DNA of 64,000 bases from Paragordius varius. Lineage: Eukaryota; Animalia; Nematomorpha. Shown piece after piece: positions 51,331 through 64,000 of this stretch. The notes under the pieces are model-generated. The model did not search any database. It worked only from the letters and a program-made list of their open reading frames with translations, and had not been told where the DNA came from. Position 1 is the stretch's first letter; each line of letters opens with the position of its first letter. Position numbers and translations under genes: made by a program. The DNA lies in assembly GCA_964247055.1 (NCBI GenBank), contig OZ176055.1, forward strand, positions 4,588,001-4,652,000, written 5' to 3'.

Positions 51331-51802
51331 TTGTTGTGGCTAAAAAATTGCTATAATTTAATTTTTGTATTTCAATATCCATATAAAATTATGACACTTT
51401 GCTGTTTAAACGCATAATCAAAAATTTAGTATGTATAAATACTAATAAATACAGGATATATATTTTAAAACTAATAGATTTAAATTCCGTATAACATTCT
51501 TTATTCCTCAATATTTTACAATCTTAAACATATCAATATAAATTCTATCAGATAATTTATTTTAGAGTTTCCTGTAATAACGGTTTTTATATTTTTGATA
51601 TATAAAATGTTAACTACAGCGATATTATAAATAAAATTGGATAATCTGAGTTCTTTTTCCACAAATTGAGATATATTTTGATGTATGGCAAAAAAATGAT
51701 TTTTTTGTCATCTTTAATTTGTTTTTTCATTAAATATAATACAATTGTAATATATTTCCATAATATTTTTACGTTTCTAATATTATAAAATATGTATACC
51801 TT

Positions 51803-53150
51803 ATGTTTAAGATTATGGGCAAAATATTGATAATCCAATTTTTTGGCACATTTCGTTTGCAATTTCGCGTATATGGAGTTTACATGTACTCCATCATTCA
51901 TATCCAAACTTCTGAATTTCCAAAACGTACAAACGGGATTCCGATTTTGACACACATTAATTCACTATTTGGTTTGTTAGAAATATTTCAACAATACCGT
52001 GTCTATTTTTGGATTTAGATTTGAGCTCACAGTTTTCTTTCTAAATATTGACACAAATGACCCAAATCGTCTAAAGCATTAAAAATATTTATAGTTTATT
52101 AATCATATAATGTTCTAACAAAATTAATATCTCAATTCATAATTTATATTTAGGAGCCAAACTCATTTACCCACAATTCATTACTTTTGTATCCAAAAAT
52201 TCGGGGAACCTTTATGAAACAGGGCGGCAAAAGCACAATAGTTTGAAAAGGGAGAAATCTTTGAGTGGTGCTGCTTACTACAGAAAATTTGAGCAGAACA
52301 ATTCATTAATTGAATCCGATTATATGGATTTACATCCATCAATGTTTTTTCACAAAAGGGAGCATGGAAATGAGTTTGAAAGGAACGGATTTACATCTAA
52401 AACCATAGTTATTCCCTTAAATGATACTTATGAACTTACAATAGTTTTAAATAAACATAGGAATATGACGGATTTATCTGTAATTGATGAAAATTTTAGG
52501 GCTGAATATAATGAATTTATGCGGTATATACCACCCCAAAGAAGATCTTTCGTGTATAACACGACCTACAATAAGCCGTTTGATCAAACCCAATTTTTCC
52601 CAATCATGATAGATTTGGTACAAGAAAAAGAAGTGGTATATAATACAATTTATATAATATATTTTTTTAGGAATTGAATATGTTCGATTGAAACCTAACC
52701 ACTTTAATAAAGCGCGTATGAAACATTTTTACTTTCAAATTTTACCTAAGTATTGCGATCAATTAAATATTTTCCATAACGTATCTATTTTTTGGGCCGG
52801 CCCATTTTTATGGGCTATTCTCAATTAGATCATAGTATAGTATAATAAATTTCAATTTCCGATCGTTTTGATTTGAACGTAGGTTCGATAATGTGTTATG
52901 TATTAATTCTGTCAAAATGAATCATGTAACAAATTTGACCGAGTTGACTAAAAAAGTGAAAAAAATTATATTTTCCATATTTGCTAGATGGCCATTTTTC
53001 GATGGAATGGATCTTTGCAGGTCATTACACCACCCAATTATATTAAAGCTAAAAGATCCAACACGTCTGTCAGACAAAATAAACGCCGGATGCAACAAAT
53101 TCAATATGCGCATTATTTATTTGAGATTAAATAAAATAGTTTTCCTGTAA
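51803..53150 (+). CDS. Uncharacterised spliced ORF, possibly a glycoprotein; 3' structure ambiguous
   Basis: Exon 51803-51971 (phase 1) joins in frame to an open exon 52154-52635 of about 160 codons with several N-x-S/T sequons. A 35-nt intron 52636-52670 follows. The downstream frame is ambiguous (see findings). Confidence 0.42.
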
Positions 53151-54491
53151 AATACTAGTTGTATCTATATATAAATTTGGGGAAGAAGTGATTTTATTTT
53201 GGGGATATTTATAATTATCGATTATACAATATTCTTATTTTCAAACTAATAAATACAAATTTATCATGAGAGACTGTTTTATACTATGAAATTATAACCA
53301 AGAAAATATTTTTTGATAGAGAAAGGCCAATTGTATGATTTCGAATTCAACGGTGAAAAAAACTATATAATGTTTATAAATTAAATCTCTAAAAGCGTAA
53401 TGTATGAAAATTATTTTTTTCTGTAATAGTGAATAATATCATTAGGTAACATACAATGAAGAAAAAAACAAAATATCTAACATTAAAATCACATATATGC
53501 TTTCTAATGTATATAATTATAATTATAAGAAAAAAACCCTTTTATTTTCACCTTTGCCTTTACATTATACCTATGATATATTTTTCAGGTAGAAAATAAG
53601 AAGTAAACAAGCTAGAGTTCTTTTACATTTTGATTTTAATTTGTAAGCGTTTATTTTCACATATACTTACTCTCAACATTCATCAATCTGTTTCCATAAA
53701 TATATTTTTTATACTTTTACCTTAATAAAATCCGATTGGCATATATTTTAATTATTAATCTTTGAAAAAATCACTACCATATTTGAGATTGTGGGATTTT
53801 TCAACTTTTTGAAATATTCTTTTATCTTTCTACTATCATATGAGTCATAACAGATCCGATGCCGATAAAACATCCTAATAATCCGGTAAATATATTTTGA
53901 ATCCATATATAATTCATTAAACAGTATTTTTTAAAAAATGTTTTATAAAATGTTAACTTAGTAAGCCCCTATAAAAAGTCTCCTAGCAAATAAATCGATA
54001 AAAATAAAAAATAAACGAGATTTAACAGAGCAGGAGGGGGGCCTTTCGGTTCTCGCTATGCTTATACCCCGTACTTCTAATTCAACAATATACATAAAAG
54101 TAACGGTGCCTCAAGAAATCATTGATTTATTTTTGTTTTGGATTCTAATTATAAAAAATGGGATCAATCTGCAGGTTTGTACTGAAAAAAGCGAATCCCA
54201 AATAAAAACCATTTTACTTGTCTGAGAATTATATTTACCATTAACATGGCTAACTTTTTATAGTAACAATGAAATAGACATTTTATCGATGAAACGAACA
54301 TATATAAAATTTGTGTAATTTTTTTTTCAAGATATTAATTGATTTAGTATTGGTTGTTCACGCAAATTTAAAAGCGATTATTTTTAAAGCATAAAGCAAT
54401 AATAAAACAATATAGTATAGATGGGCGATCCTCGGTCCTAATTCAAATTTTCATAAAGTCTGTTAAACGTTCAATAATTCACTTACATATA

Positions 54492-55837
54492 GGCTAATGT
54501 GACCAGATATTTTGAACTCTAACGCAGTACAAAATTAAAACATACTTTGCCTGTATTTACAACATCGGTGTGGTATATTTCACAGTTTCCACAAAAAAAT
54601 ATCCAGATAAAATATATATATTCTGATAGGAAAATATCAGGATGATCATGGTGCTTTTGGGTCAAATTTTTAGATGTAGGCTCTGAAAGTCCCAATTTTT
54701 TGGCCCTTTCAAAATGGACTGTTTAATTAAAATAAACGCGAAATTTCGACATTGTGCAATAATTTTAAATATGTGCTAAATTTTGACCACTAAATATATT
54801 TTTTAAAAAATGCATACTTTCAAAAATTTAATTTTTAGCATGATTTTGTGGAAGCTTTGAGCATGATGGAAACGATATAAACGGTTGAGAAGTTATAACT
54901 ACATATAATTCGATAATGCTAATTTCTCAATCAGAATTTGTTAATATATTCAATTTATGTAAATTGTGTTTTTTTACAAAAATTCACCAAAATTTGCAAG
55001 CAAACAAACCTTTAAATTATAATTGTGATTGTTCAACATCAATTTAGAAAAAAAGTTTTATTATATCTTAAAGCGTTAAACCGTTTTCATCATGCTTCAA
55101 AATCGTTAGAAGTAAGCCTTAACAAAATATCTCAAATTTGTTTATGAAAAAATAAGAACACTAAAGAAAATTAATTAGAAAAAGAATTAGTATTATCAAA
55201 CCTCCCACCTAATGAGTATAGAAAACGTAAAAACACTTATTTTATCAAAAAAGGTTTTTTCGACATCATATGCCATTTATAGTAAATTTTAAATAATATT
55301 TACGGGAATAACAATTTTCTATATAATTTTCCGTATAATTATAGTAAAAAATGAACTTTTTAAACTTGATCCAACATTTATTAAAATATCTTAAATTAAT
55401 TTTGTTAATTTTAAATTTTGAGGCATCTCTTTTTGCGGAAGCCCTGAGTGAAAGAGCCATTAGCCTGAATCTTACGGTGAAGTCCGAGATTTATAGTTCG
55501 CCATTAGGCGAAAGGCTGCAATCATAATCGGTTGACCGATCCAAAATCCAATTTTATGTATAGTTCGAGCGGAAAATAAAATAATTACCAATTAAAAATA
55601 AGCCAATCTTATTTTTTTACCGCAAAATGAACTAAAAATTATGGGGTGATTCAGAGGGTACTATATCAAATTCTAAAATAATTTTTTTAAATAAACAAAA
55701 GATAATCAATATATAATCATAAATAATTATTTTTTAATTTCAAAAAGCAGTACAAAATTTGGTGCAGTACAGTCGCAGTTTTTTTCTGAAAATCCAGTAC
55801 TGTACTGCGAAAAACAGCCTATCTGGTCACATTAATA
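54492..55837. mobile_element. TA-flanked TIR element, copy 1 of a tandem pair
   Basis: TA|GGCTAATGTGACCAGATA...TATCTGGTCACATTAATA|TA. No ORF; contains family-G repeat sequence. Confidence 0.72.
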
Positions 55838-55943
55838 TAGGCTTTAAATATGATAAACATCGCTTCTCAAGAGATAATGTCAAACCATGATCTTGTGACC
55901 TTGAATATTGTATTTTGCTCATATGAACGAAGGTACAAGCATA

Positions 55944-57495
55944 GGCTAATGTGACCAGATATTTTTAACTTGGACGCAGTACAAAATTAAATCATACTTT
56001 GCCTGTTTTTACACCATCAATGTGGTATAAAACACAGTTTTCACAAAAAATATCCTGATCAAATATTTATATATATTATGATAGGAACATATCAGGATTA
56101 TCATGGTGCTTTTGGTTTTAACCCTTACAAGTTATTAAAGAAAGTTATTCACACTTTTATGTTAAGTGCTCCGTATAAAATATGCAAAAAGTGCGCAGTA
56201 TATATTTTTTGGTGAAAACTAAATGCTTTATTTCAAAACATCACTAAAATATAACATTAACTGCATATAAATAACAAAACAATATTTTTAAATATTTTAA
56301 ATTGTTAGATGTGTGCTCTGAAAGTATCAAATTTTTTGGCTCTTTTAAAATGGACTGTTCTCTCAAAGAAAACGCAAAAATTCCGACATTGTGCAATAAT
56401 TTAAAATATAAATTAAATTTTGATATCTATATTTTTAAAAAAATGCATACTTTAAATCTATTTTTTAACAGAATTTTGTTGAAGCGTACTTCATACTATT
56501 TTCAGCATGATGGAACATAAACGGTTTAATACTTTATATACATATTTCGATAATGCTATACGTTTTCCTCACTCAGAATTATCGTGTTTTACAAAAATTC
56601 ACCAAAATATGCAAGAAAGCAAACCTTTAAATTACCTATAGTAATGTTCAACATCATCGAATTATTTAGAAAAAGGGTTTAATTATATATTATAGCGTTA
56701 CACCATTTCCATCATTCTTCAAAATAGTTGTTACAGCGTTTCCATCATTCTTCAAAATAGGTTGAAATACGCTTCAACAAAGTATCTCAAATTTGTTTAT
56801 GCAAAAAATAAGAAAACTAATAAAAATTAAAGTTTAGGAAAAAATTAAGAAATATCATACCACCCACCTAATTAGCATAGAAAACGTAAAAAAACTCAAT
56901 TTTTTAATACGAGGACAGGTTATTTCAAAATCATATGCCATTATATATTAAATTTTGAATAATATGTTACGGGAATACAATTTTCTATATAATTTCCCAT
57001 TTGATAATTTTAACAAAAAATGAACTTTCTTAACCTGATTAAATAATTAAAATATCATAAATTAATTTTATTAATATTAATTTGAAACCTCTTTTTGCAG
57101 ATGCCCTAAGTGAAAAAGCCTTTAGCCTGAATCTTACGGTGGAGCGGGAAATTTATAGTTTCGCCACTGCAAAGGCTGCAATCCTAAGCGGTTTGACCGA
57201 TCCAAAACCCAATATGTATAATTCGAGCAGAAAATAAAATATTAACCAATTAAAAATAGGTCAATCTTAATTTTTACCGTAAAATGAATTATTTCTTTAC
57301 AAATTATGGGGTTATTTTTACAGAGGGGTACTATATTAAATTCTAAAATAATTTTTTTTCAAAATGAATATTTTTAAAAAATTAATTTTTTTCAATTTGA
57401 AAAAGAAGTACAAAAGTGGGCGCAGTACAGGCGCAGTGTTTTTCTGAAAACCCAGTACTGTACTGCGAAAAACAGCCTATCTGGTCACATTAGCA
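55944..57495. mobile_element. TA-flanked TIR element, copy 2 (direct repeat of copy 1)
   Basis: TA|GGCTAATGTGACCAGATA...TATCTGGTCACATTAGCA|TA. Colinear with copy 1 but with extra internal sequence and a local duplication of about 33 bp near 56705-56760. Confidence 0.72.
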
Positions 57496-57608
57496 TAGGC
57501 CAACCAAAAAGTCTTAGCTTTATAAAAATTCCCTTTTATCTTGCCGATCACGACGTTCTAATATCCTTATTGAATATAAATATAATTAGATGTTTACTTT
57601 TACTTCAG

Positions 57609-60600
57609 TATGATAGGGCGGATAGTTATAGAGTGGCTGTCACAAGCCGAGCCAAACTTGCGGCCAAACAAGGAGTCAACACTAACAAAGATGGCGGAAA
57701 ATCAGTTGGGGATATTAGTGAAACCTCCATTCCAACTTCCAATATATTTGCCAGATTTATGTATTGGATCCTCAATTTCAACAAAATAACTGACCCCGAA
57801 GACCTAGAGCTCTTGAAAAAGGATTATGAAATTGTAAAATTTTCATTTTTCTAAGAATTTCGAAAATGGTATAAAAATCTTAATATATTAAATTATTTTG
57901 ATTTTAAATTTTGATATAGGATGATCATTTGATGAACCTAGAAGAATTTTGCATGAAAGTCGGAACAGATCCCAAAAAGGTTTCTATAATTTTTTTCGCT
58001 TTTTAAATACAAAATTTAATCCAAGATATTTGGATATAATCATTTCAATATAATTTTTCCAATGATAACTACAGGGCATAACACAGGCAAAAGCCCTTGA
58101 TCTATTGGGTAAAGAAGGCGCAAATAATATAATTTCAGGAAGAGATATACATCTGTTGCCAGGAACGTTTCCTACTGTCCTGAGTTTCATCAAAAAAATC
58201 CTGATAAATCTTTTCAACGGTTACAGCATACTGATTTGGTTAATGATGGCGCTTGCATTTCTCATATACGGACTTGATATCTACCATTTTGCTCATCACA
58301 CCAATAATATTTATGTAAGTTTAAAGCTTAACAAGATTTTTCGTTCATTCTATAATATATATTTTTTTAAGTTGGGTTAATACTGTAAAAAATTGATATC
58401 GATTGCATAGAGAAAAAATATTTTTTTTAATTTATGATTTTATTTGGATTCGAAACTTCATATTTAAGATTTTGGTAGCGATTAACTCAATTTTGTATAT
58501 ATAACACTAAATCATAAGTATAATTATATTATTTTCAAGAACATTATACCCACATTTAGCCGAAAAAATATTATATTTTTGGAGGAATTTTTAATAAACA
58601 CAATTATATCATGTGTTGTTGTTTTAAGTTTTTTATATATAAAGTATTCTATTATTTTTATTTTTTGGTATATTTTAAGCTCTATTTTGGAATATTCCTA
58701 TGCCTATACAACATTGTGAATGGAATTTTGGTGACTGTTCAAAAATTCAATCCGTCAAACAAATTATACAAAGCGTTTGAAAATCTCCTACCTAAAGTAA
58801 TTGGCCATATTGTATTTTCTCCTAGATAATATACCAACAAAAAAATAAGGTCAAATTTTAAATGGTGGACAAATATTTTTTTTATTAATAAAATGTTTCC
58901 TTTGGTTTGTTTCCCCAAAATTTAAATTTAAGTTAAAAATTTAAATGTAAAATAAATTTATAATATCTAAATAAATTTTTACGTCCTTTAGAAATGCCTT
59001 GTAATCAGAGAAGGGGTTAAACGTGAGATTTTTATCGAAGAATTAGTGATTGGGGATATTGTGGATTTAAAAGCAGGATTTTCTGTGCCTGCAGACATTA
59101 GATTGACAGAATGTCCAAACGTTTTGAAGGTAAAATCATTTTTTGCTATTACAGTAATACGTAAAAATTAGACAAATATTTTAAGGACGGCCATATTTTT
59201 GAAACCTTGATTTTTTTAATATAAATGATCGTTTTGCGTTTCAAAAAATGGAATAGAGAGATGAATTCGTAGCACATTTAATTATATATTTAATTGAAAT
59301 CATAGAGGTAGAAAATATCAAGGTATGAAAAAGTATAGTTATCTTTATTGCAGGAAAAATATTTCCCTTTTAGTTTTTACGTTTTGTCTGTATGGTATCA
59401 ATTTTTACCGTGTTGTTATAATTTTATCGCAATTTAGGTGGATGCATCTAATATAACTGGAGCTCATGATATCCAAATTAAACATCATAACTTTTATGCA
59501 AACGATGCCATATACAGCCCAAATATGCTTTTTGCGTCAACCATTATATTGGAAGGTTTATATAATATATATATGGTTTGCGTCAGACTGGTTATGAATG
59601 CATTCAGACCGTAATAGTGACCGCTCTAAAAATATATAACCACTAAAAAATTAAGACGTACGTTTTACGACGTATAAATTAATTGTTATTTTAGCATAAA
59701 ATCTTATTTTAATTTTGTTAATAATATTAATAAAATCGAATTAATTCGATAGTTTTCTTTATTTTGGAACATTTCCGGTATTATTGGTCATCACAGATGA
59801 ATCAAGGGTCAGACCGGTGTTTTTGACAAACCTAACCCTATTAAAATATATATTATATACAAGAAATTACATTTAATTATGGTTCATTAACTGGCGGAAC
59901 TGCGGACCCCCGCTACAAGAAAGACACTTTTTAATTATTTTGCAATGGGTTTAAATTTAGGGGTCCTTTCTCTTTGGGTGTCCATAATTGAGATCTAAAG
60001 TTGTGTTGTGTTTATTTTTTTTACTTTGGCCGATAATTATCCAATTATTTTACCAGGTCGGGGACGAGGAGTCGTCATAGCGACAGGAGAACGAACTTTG
60101 CTTGGGCGCATAGTATCATTGGCCAACCGAATGATAAAAATAGAAGTTCCTTTCATGGAAGAAGTCAGAGATTTGCTTTCCTACAAAACTGTCATCCTAA
60201 TTGTTCTTATTGGCATACTATGTTTGATAGCGACTCTCGTGCTAAAAAATTACACTTGGTTAGATGCGCTCATAACAGTTTTAACGGTGGTTATTGCGGC
60301 TCTACCCTTTACATTTTATTCCACCTTGACGGTAAATTTTAAACAAATTTTATTTATTAATAGGTAAATCAATGTTTGTCTGATATATTTATATTTGTTA
60401 GTTTGGCATGGTATGGATTGACAAAAATCGATTTTCCAAAGCAGGGAAAAGGAGTGTCACTCAATTCTTTACTTTTATCAAACGCTTTTGGATACGAAAC
60501 TCCACAAATTCTAATGATGCAAATCAAAAATGTAATCGAAAACGATTCGTATTACGTAATCTTGAAGCGATAGAAACTATGGGTTCATTAACAACACTTC

Positions 60601-63600
60601 TTATCGATGAACATTCGTTGTTTTTGGAACCAAAGAATGTTAAAATTAGCCATTTCTGGTATGATGGACGTATTCATAGGAGTGACCCTAACTCTCCTTT
60701 CTCTTGTTCTCGAATGATATTTGGACCACAAGACGAAGAAAGTATTCCCGTTTCATATAATTTAAATATCTATTTAATCATATTTTAAGTATTTTATATT
60801 TTTTAAAGTTATTAATGCGCTTGTTTCTCGTAAAAAATTATTAAAATTGTAAAATTTTGTTTTGCTAATAGGGATCGGGGTTCACACAAGAAACGAAAAT
60901 TGGCACATTCTAACTCGAACAATCATTTGTTGCTCGCCATATTTGGAATCCAAACCATATGATCGAAATAATGTCCCATCCCTCAATGAGTTTTCAATTA
61001 ATTTTCCAACCTTAAACTATGATACTAATTTAATAAAATAATATTTTGTAAAGTCATTGTTATATCTATAATATATTCAATATTAAGCAAATAATCACGT
61101 TTTCCTATTTTTAGAAGGAAAAGTATAATTATAAATATTTTAAATGAAATTATAGAAATCATTCATATTTAGTATTAAAGAAAACGCGATTATCAGTTAC
61201 CTCGAAAGCATTCAACCAAATATTACAAAAGTTCGCGACATCTATCGCAAAGTCGTTGATGTTCCATGTAAAACAAAACAGTTACAGGTATTTTCATCTC
61301 AATTTATCAAAAATAACTAAATTTGTACAAATAATGGCTTTGTAAAATATAATTTGGAGATATGAAGAATATTTTGATATGCAATACATTATCACTTGAT
61401 TTAATGCAATTTGATATCATGATAAAAGCTATGATTAAAATACAATCAGTTTTATGGATAGGCAACGCTAAAAATAAAATAAATAAAAACAAAATTTTAT
61501 ATTAAATTTTTTAATCTGAAAAAAATATCATTTAGACCTTAAATTCACCCTTGAACAATTTGTCACCCTAAAAAGAAATTATGTGTTTTCGGGTTAATAT
61601 AACTCATCATTAATGTGAATTATTTCTTCAAAGCATAGTTTATTATTATTTCAGTATTAGGTAATTTAAAACAAAATTTTATGAAAAAATATAAAAAATG
61701 TATGTAATTTTTAATATTCAATTACACATAATTTATTTTAGGGTGAATTTGAGGTAAATGTTAAAATCTATAACATAATATAGATGAGTATTCACTTGTA
61801 TGAAAATATAATTGCACCAAGCACTAACACAGGCTATAGCAACTATAATAATAGCTGGAAGCATTACGCTTTTTTAAGAGGACATCCTCTTTCTATCCTA
61901 GCAAAATGTTCCACGGTATGTATTGAAGGGGGAAGGGAGCTCATACTTAACGATGAATTAAAACAACTTTATGTTGATGCCTATATCCAATTGGCAGGGG
62001 ACGCCAAATTGCCAAATAGGTTTATATAATTCATGTATAATGATAATGTATTTAAAACAGAGCTTCGAACCTATCTCGAGGAGATTTTAGGAAGAACCGG
62101 CTTAGTTGGGTCGGAACCAACCCGGTCCCGGTTTTATTTCTTAGGGAGCCACCCGGCTCCGGATATAATATTTTAGGACCCACTTCGGTTTTATTTTTAA
62201 ATTATTAGGAACCAAGCCGGTTGCGGTTCAAATTTTTCGACGCGGTTCGAAGCCCTGATTTCAAAAATCCATTTTTTTATTAATCTAGTTTTTCATTGCA
62301 TTCTAAGATAATTTAAAAATAATTAATTTTACTTTTTGTAATAATATATAAACCTATTTAATTGATAAAGTACCAAACTTTTTACATATAGCGATAAAGG
62401 CGTTTTTTCGGTTGTAATCCTGGTAAATCTCTTAAATTTCCAATTTTATTATTAAGGAACGACATTGAAGAAAAAACTGTGATAGCTTATGCCGAAGCGC
62501 GATTAAACCCGGCAAAATTCCCAAAGAATTTCGATTTCTTGGAGTATTTTGGGTCCCTTTCTGCCGCACGACTATCCAATGCCCAAAATTCACATATGTC
62601 ATCAAGTCTTAACACAATCATAAATTACAATCAACATTCAACGCTTAATAGTTGTTATACACTGAGTAGTAATTACAATACATCATTGAATCCTTACTCA
62701 GGTTCTTCTTCAGATTTTGGTGGCGCTTTAAGTGGTGGAGGGTCCGTACCCTATTTGGTTGAGGACGAAAGCTATTTGTTCGAAGAGATGGACTTCCGTT
62801 TGGTAGGAATGGTTGCACTCAGAACCTTGGCTCAACAAGACAAAAAATCTACGCGATCTTTAATCAACAGATTCAAAAATGCCGGAATTAAAGTATAATA
62901 TTTTTAAATAATATAATTTGAGATAGTTCAGTCAAACTCTTTTTTGTGGATTATTTTGATAAATTCCCCCTTTTTGTGTAAAATATTTTTTATCCCATTT
63001 GTTGTGCTTATATAATAATTTAAATTCGGTTAAACATATTTATTATTTAACATAATTTGAATTCTTTTATTGAATTTATTGTTTTGACCAATAAATGTTA
63101 AAAACAATTGAACAAATCTAGCAATTTCTGGGTGTATGATGTTAAAAGTTCTGATAATATTTTAAAGGCACATAACCTTTTGTGACGGTTTTTGAAAATT
63201 ATTTTTATACACCCCTATCCTAGACAATAATAAAAATTATTTTTTATTACATAGAATATATTGCACAGTCAAGTTTTTTTACAAGAAGGGTTTTACTGTT
63301 GCATATATTAAAAAATAATAAGAAATTATGTAGAATTTTTGGGATCCATTTATGAGATATTGAAATTTTAGGTAATGATTTTAAGCAAAGAGGGCGCAGA
63401 AACAACCAAACAAATGGCAAAAAATTATGGAATATTTGATGAGAATAGCGAAACTTTGGATGATGTGGCCGAAAAATTGAATCTTACTCTAGACAGATTG
63501 GATCCCACGTAAAATCCAATACAATTTAACATTGATTTAAATTCAAAAAAGTCTTTTTCGCGTTAAGTTATTTGAATCTAATGTGATATATATAAAAAAT

Positions 63601-63809
63601 TATAATTGTTAACATTAGTCAAGCAACATGTCATATCATTGACTGTGAAATGTTAAAGGATATGTCGTTTGCCGAAATCGACAATACACTTTCAACGCTT
63701 TTATACAACCATTTCAGCAACAACAGTGCAGTAAATACAACTCTAAATACGGTGACGGATTCTTCATGGGGAAAGGGGATGGGTTCGCAAATATCGACAA
63801 CTATATCCG
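57609..63809 (+). CDS. Na,K-ATPase alpha-like P2C ATPase, highly divergent with catalytic motifs replaced; first exon not located, 3' end beyond the window
   Basis: Exons 57609-57833, 57920-57979, 58075-58314, 58680-58796, 58992-59129, 59438-59555, 60057-60331, 60402-60741, 60872-60989, 61173-61287, 61784-62019, 62457-62892, 63372-63508, 63619-63809 splice in frame. Colinear with Na,K-ATPase alpha: DSYRVA, LKKDYEIDDH, ELVIGDIVDLKAG.VPADIR, RGVVIATGERTLLGRI, RNLEAIETMGS, NAGIKVMI, SETLDDVAEKLN. Confidence 0.88.
61526..61763. mobile_element. Degenerate MITE family A copy in an ATPase intron
   Basis: AAATTCACCCTTGAACAATT plus the shared core and GGGTGAATTTGA; termini eroded. Confidence 0.7.
62058..62257. 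mobile_element. hAT-type MITE, related copy in an ATPase intron
   Basis: TIR CAGAGCTTCGAACC / GGTTCGAAGCCCTG, 8-bp TSD ATTTAAAA/ATTTCAAA (7/8 match). Confidence 0.8.
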
Positions 63810-64000
63810 GTAAATTTGATATATTTTATATTAAATTGCTAAAAATACAAGAAAATTTAAAATTCTACAGACAAACCTATTTTTTTCAAAAGACAATCAA
63901 TCGTACTTCTTAAACTTTTTTCCTATATAAATCAGTTAATTCCAATCGTAAAACATATAATTGATTGTGTTACTAGTTTTTAATCTCTATTTCATACTTT

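Noticed and set aside
51614-51955. 113-aa minus-strand ORF
   Set aside because: GTG start just after an in-frame TGA, runs into low-complexity AT sequence, and overlaps the plus-strand exon candidate; no family recognised.
55420-55545. GC-richer block with CTGAGTGA, considered as a hammerhead ribozyme or rRNA fragment
   Set aside because: It does not match the CUGANGA...GAAA core with the required stems, nor any rRNA motif I recognise. Kept only as part of the repeat.
61115-61122. Possible 8-nt microexon AAGGAAAA, and a 31-nt exon at 62392-62422, in the ATPase
   Set aside because: Both break phase with the flanking exons; skipping them keeps the frame and the homology.
1-64000. tRNA, rRNA, snRNA genes, telomeric repeats, LTR or LINE coding remnants
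   Set aside because: None recognised by eye; tRNAscan-SE, Infernal and RepeatMasker would be needed to exclude them.

Overview
Very AT-rich eukaryotic (animal) genomic DNA; most entries in the supplied ORF track are exon fragments or repeat artefacts. By manual splicing I reconstructed these genes: glycogen phosphorylase (17 exons), prohibitin-1, CDC14 phosphatase, PA2G4/EBP1, an intronless atypical class A GPCR, MSS4/RABIF, intronless MPDU1, GPD1, a small XTBD-domain protein, and the 5' part of a Na,K-ATPase-alpha-like gene. Two uncharacterised spliced ORFs are less certain. Three things stand out. (1) The P-type ATPase has an open multi-exon frame, yet the phosphorylation, TGES, ATP-binding, TGD and M4 ion-binding motifs are all replaced, making it a candidate pseudo-pump. 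(2) The MSS4 stop and MPDU1 start are separated by 2 nt (TAA-AT-ATG), suggesting a dicistronic or shared-exon unit. (3) Seventeen GT-AG introns are only 21-35 nt, many of them the first introns of their genes, and they coexist with 0.3-1.8 kb introns, several carrying MITEs. Introns and intergenic DNA hold non-autonomous DNA transposons: Helitron, piggyBac-type, hAT-type, TA-flanked foldback MITEs and a decayed mariner. The organism cannot be identified from sequence alone. All family assignments come from recalled motifs, not database searches.
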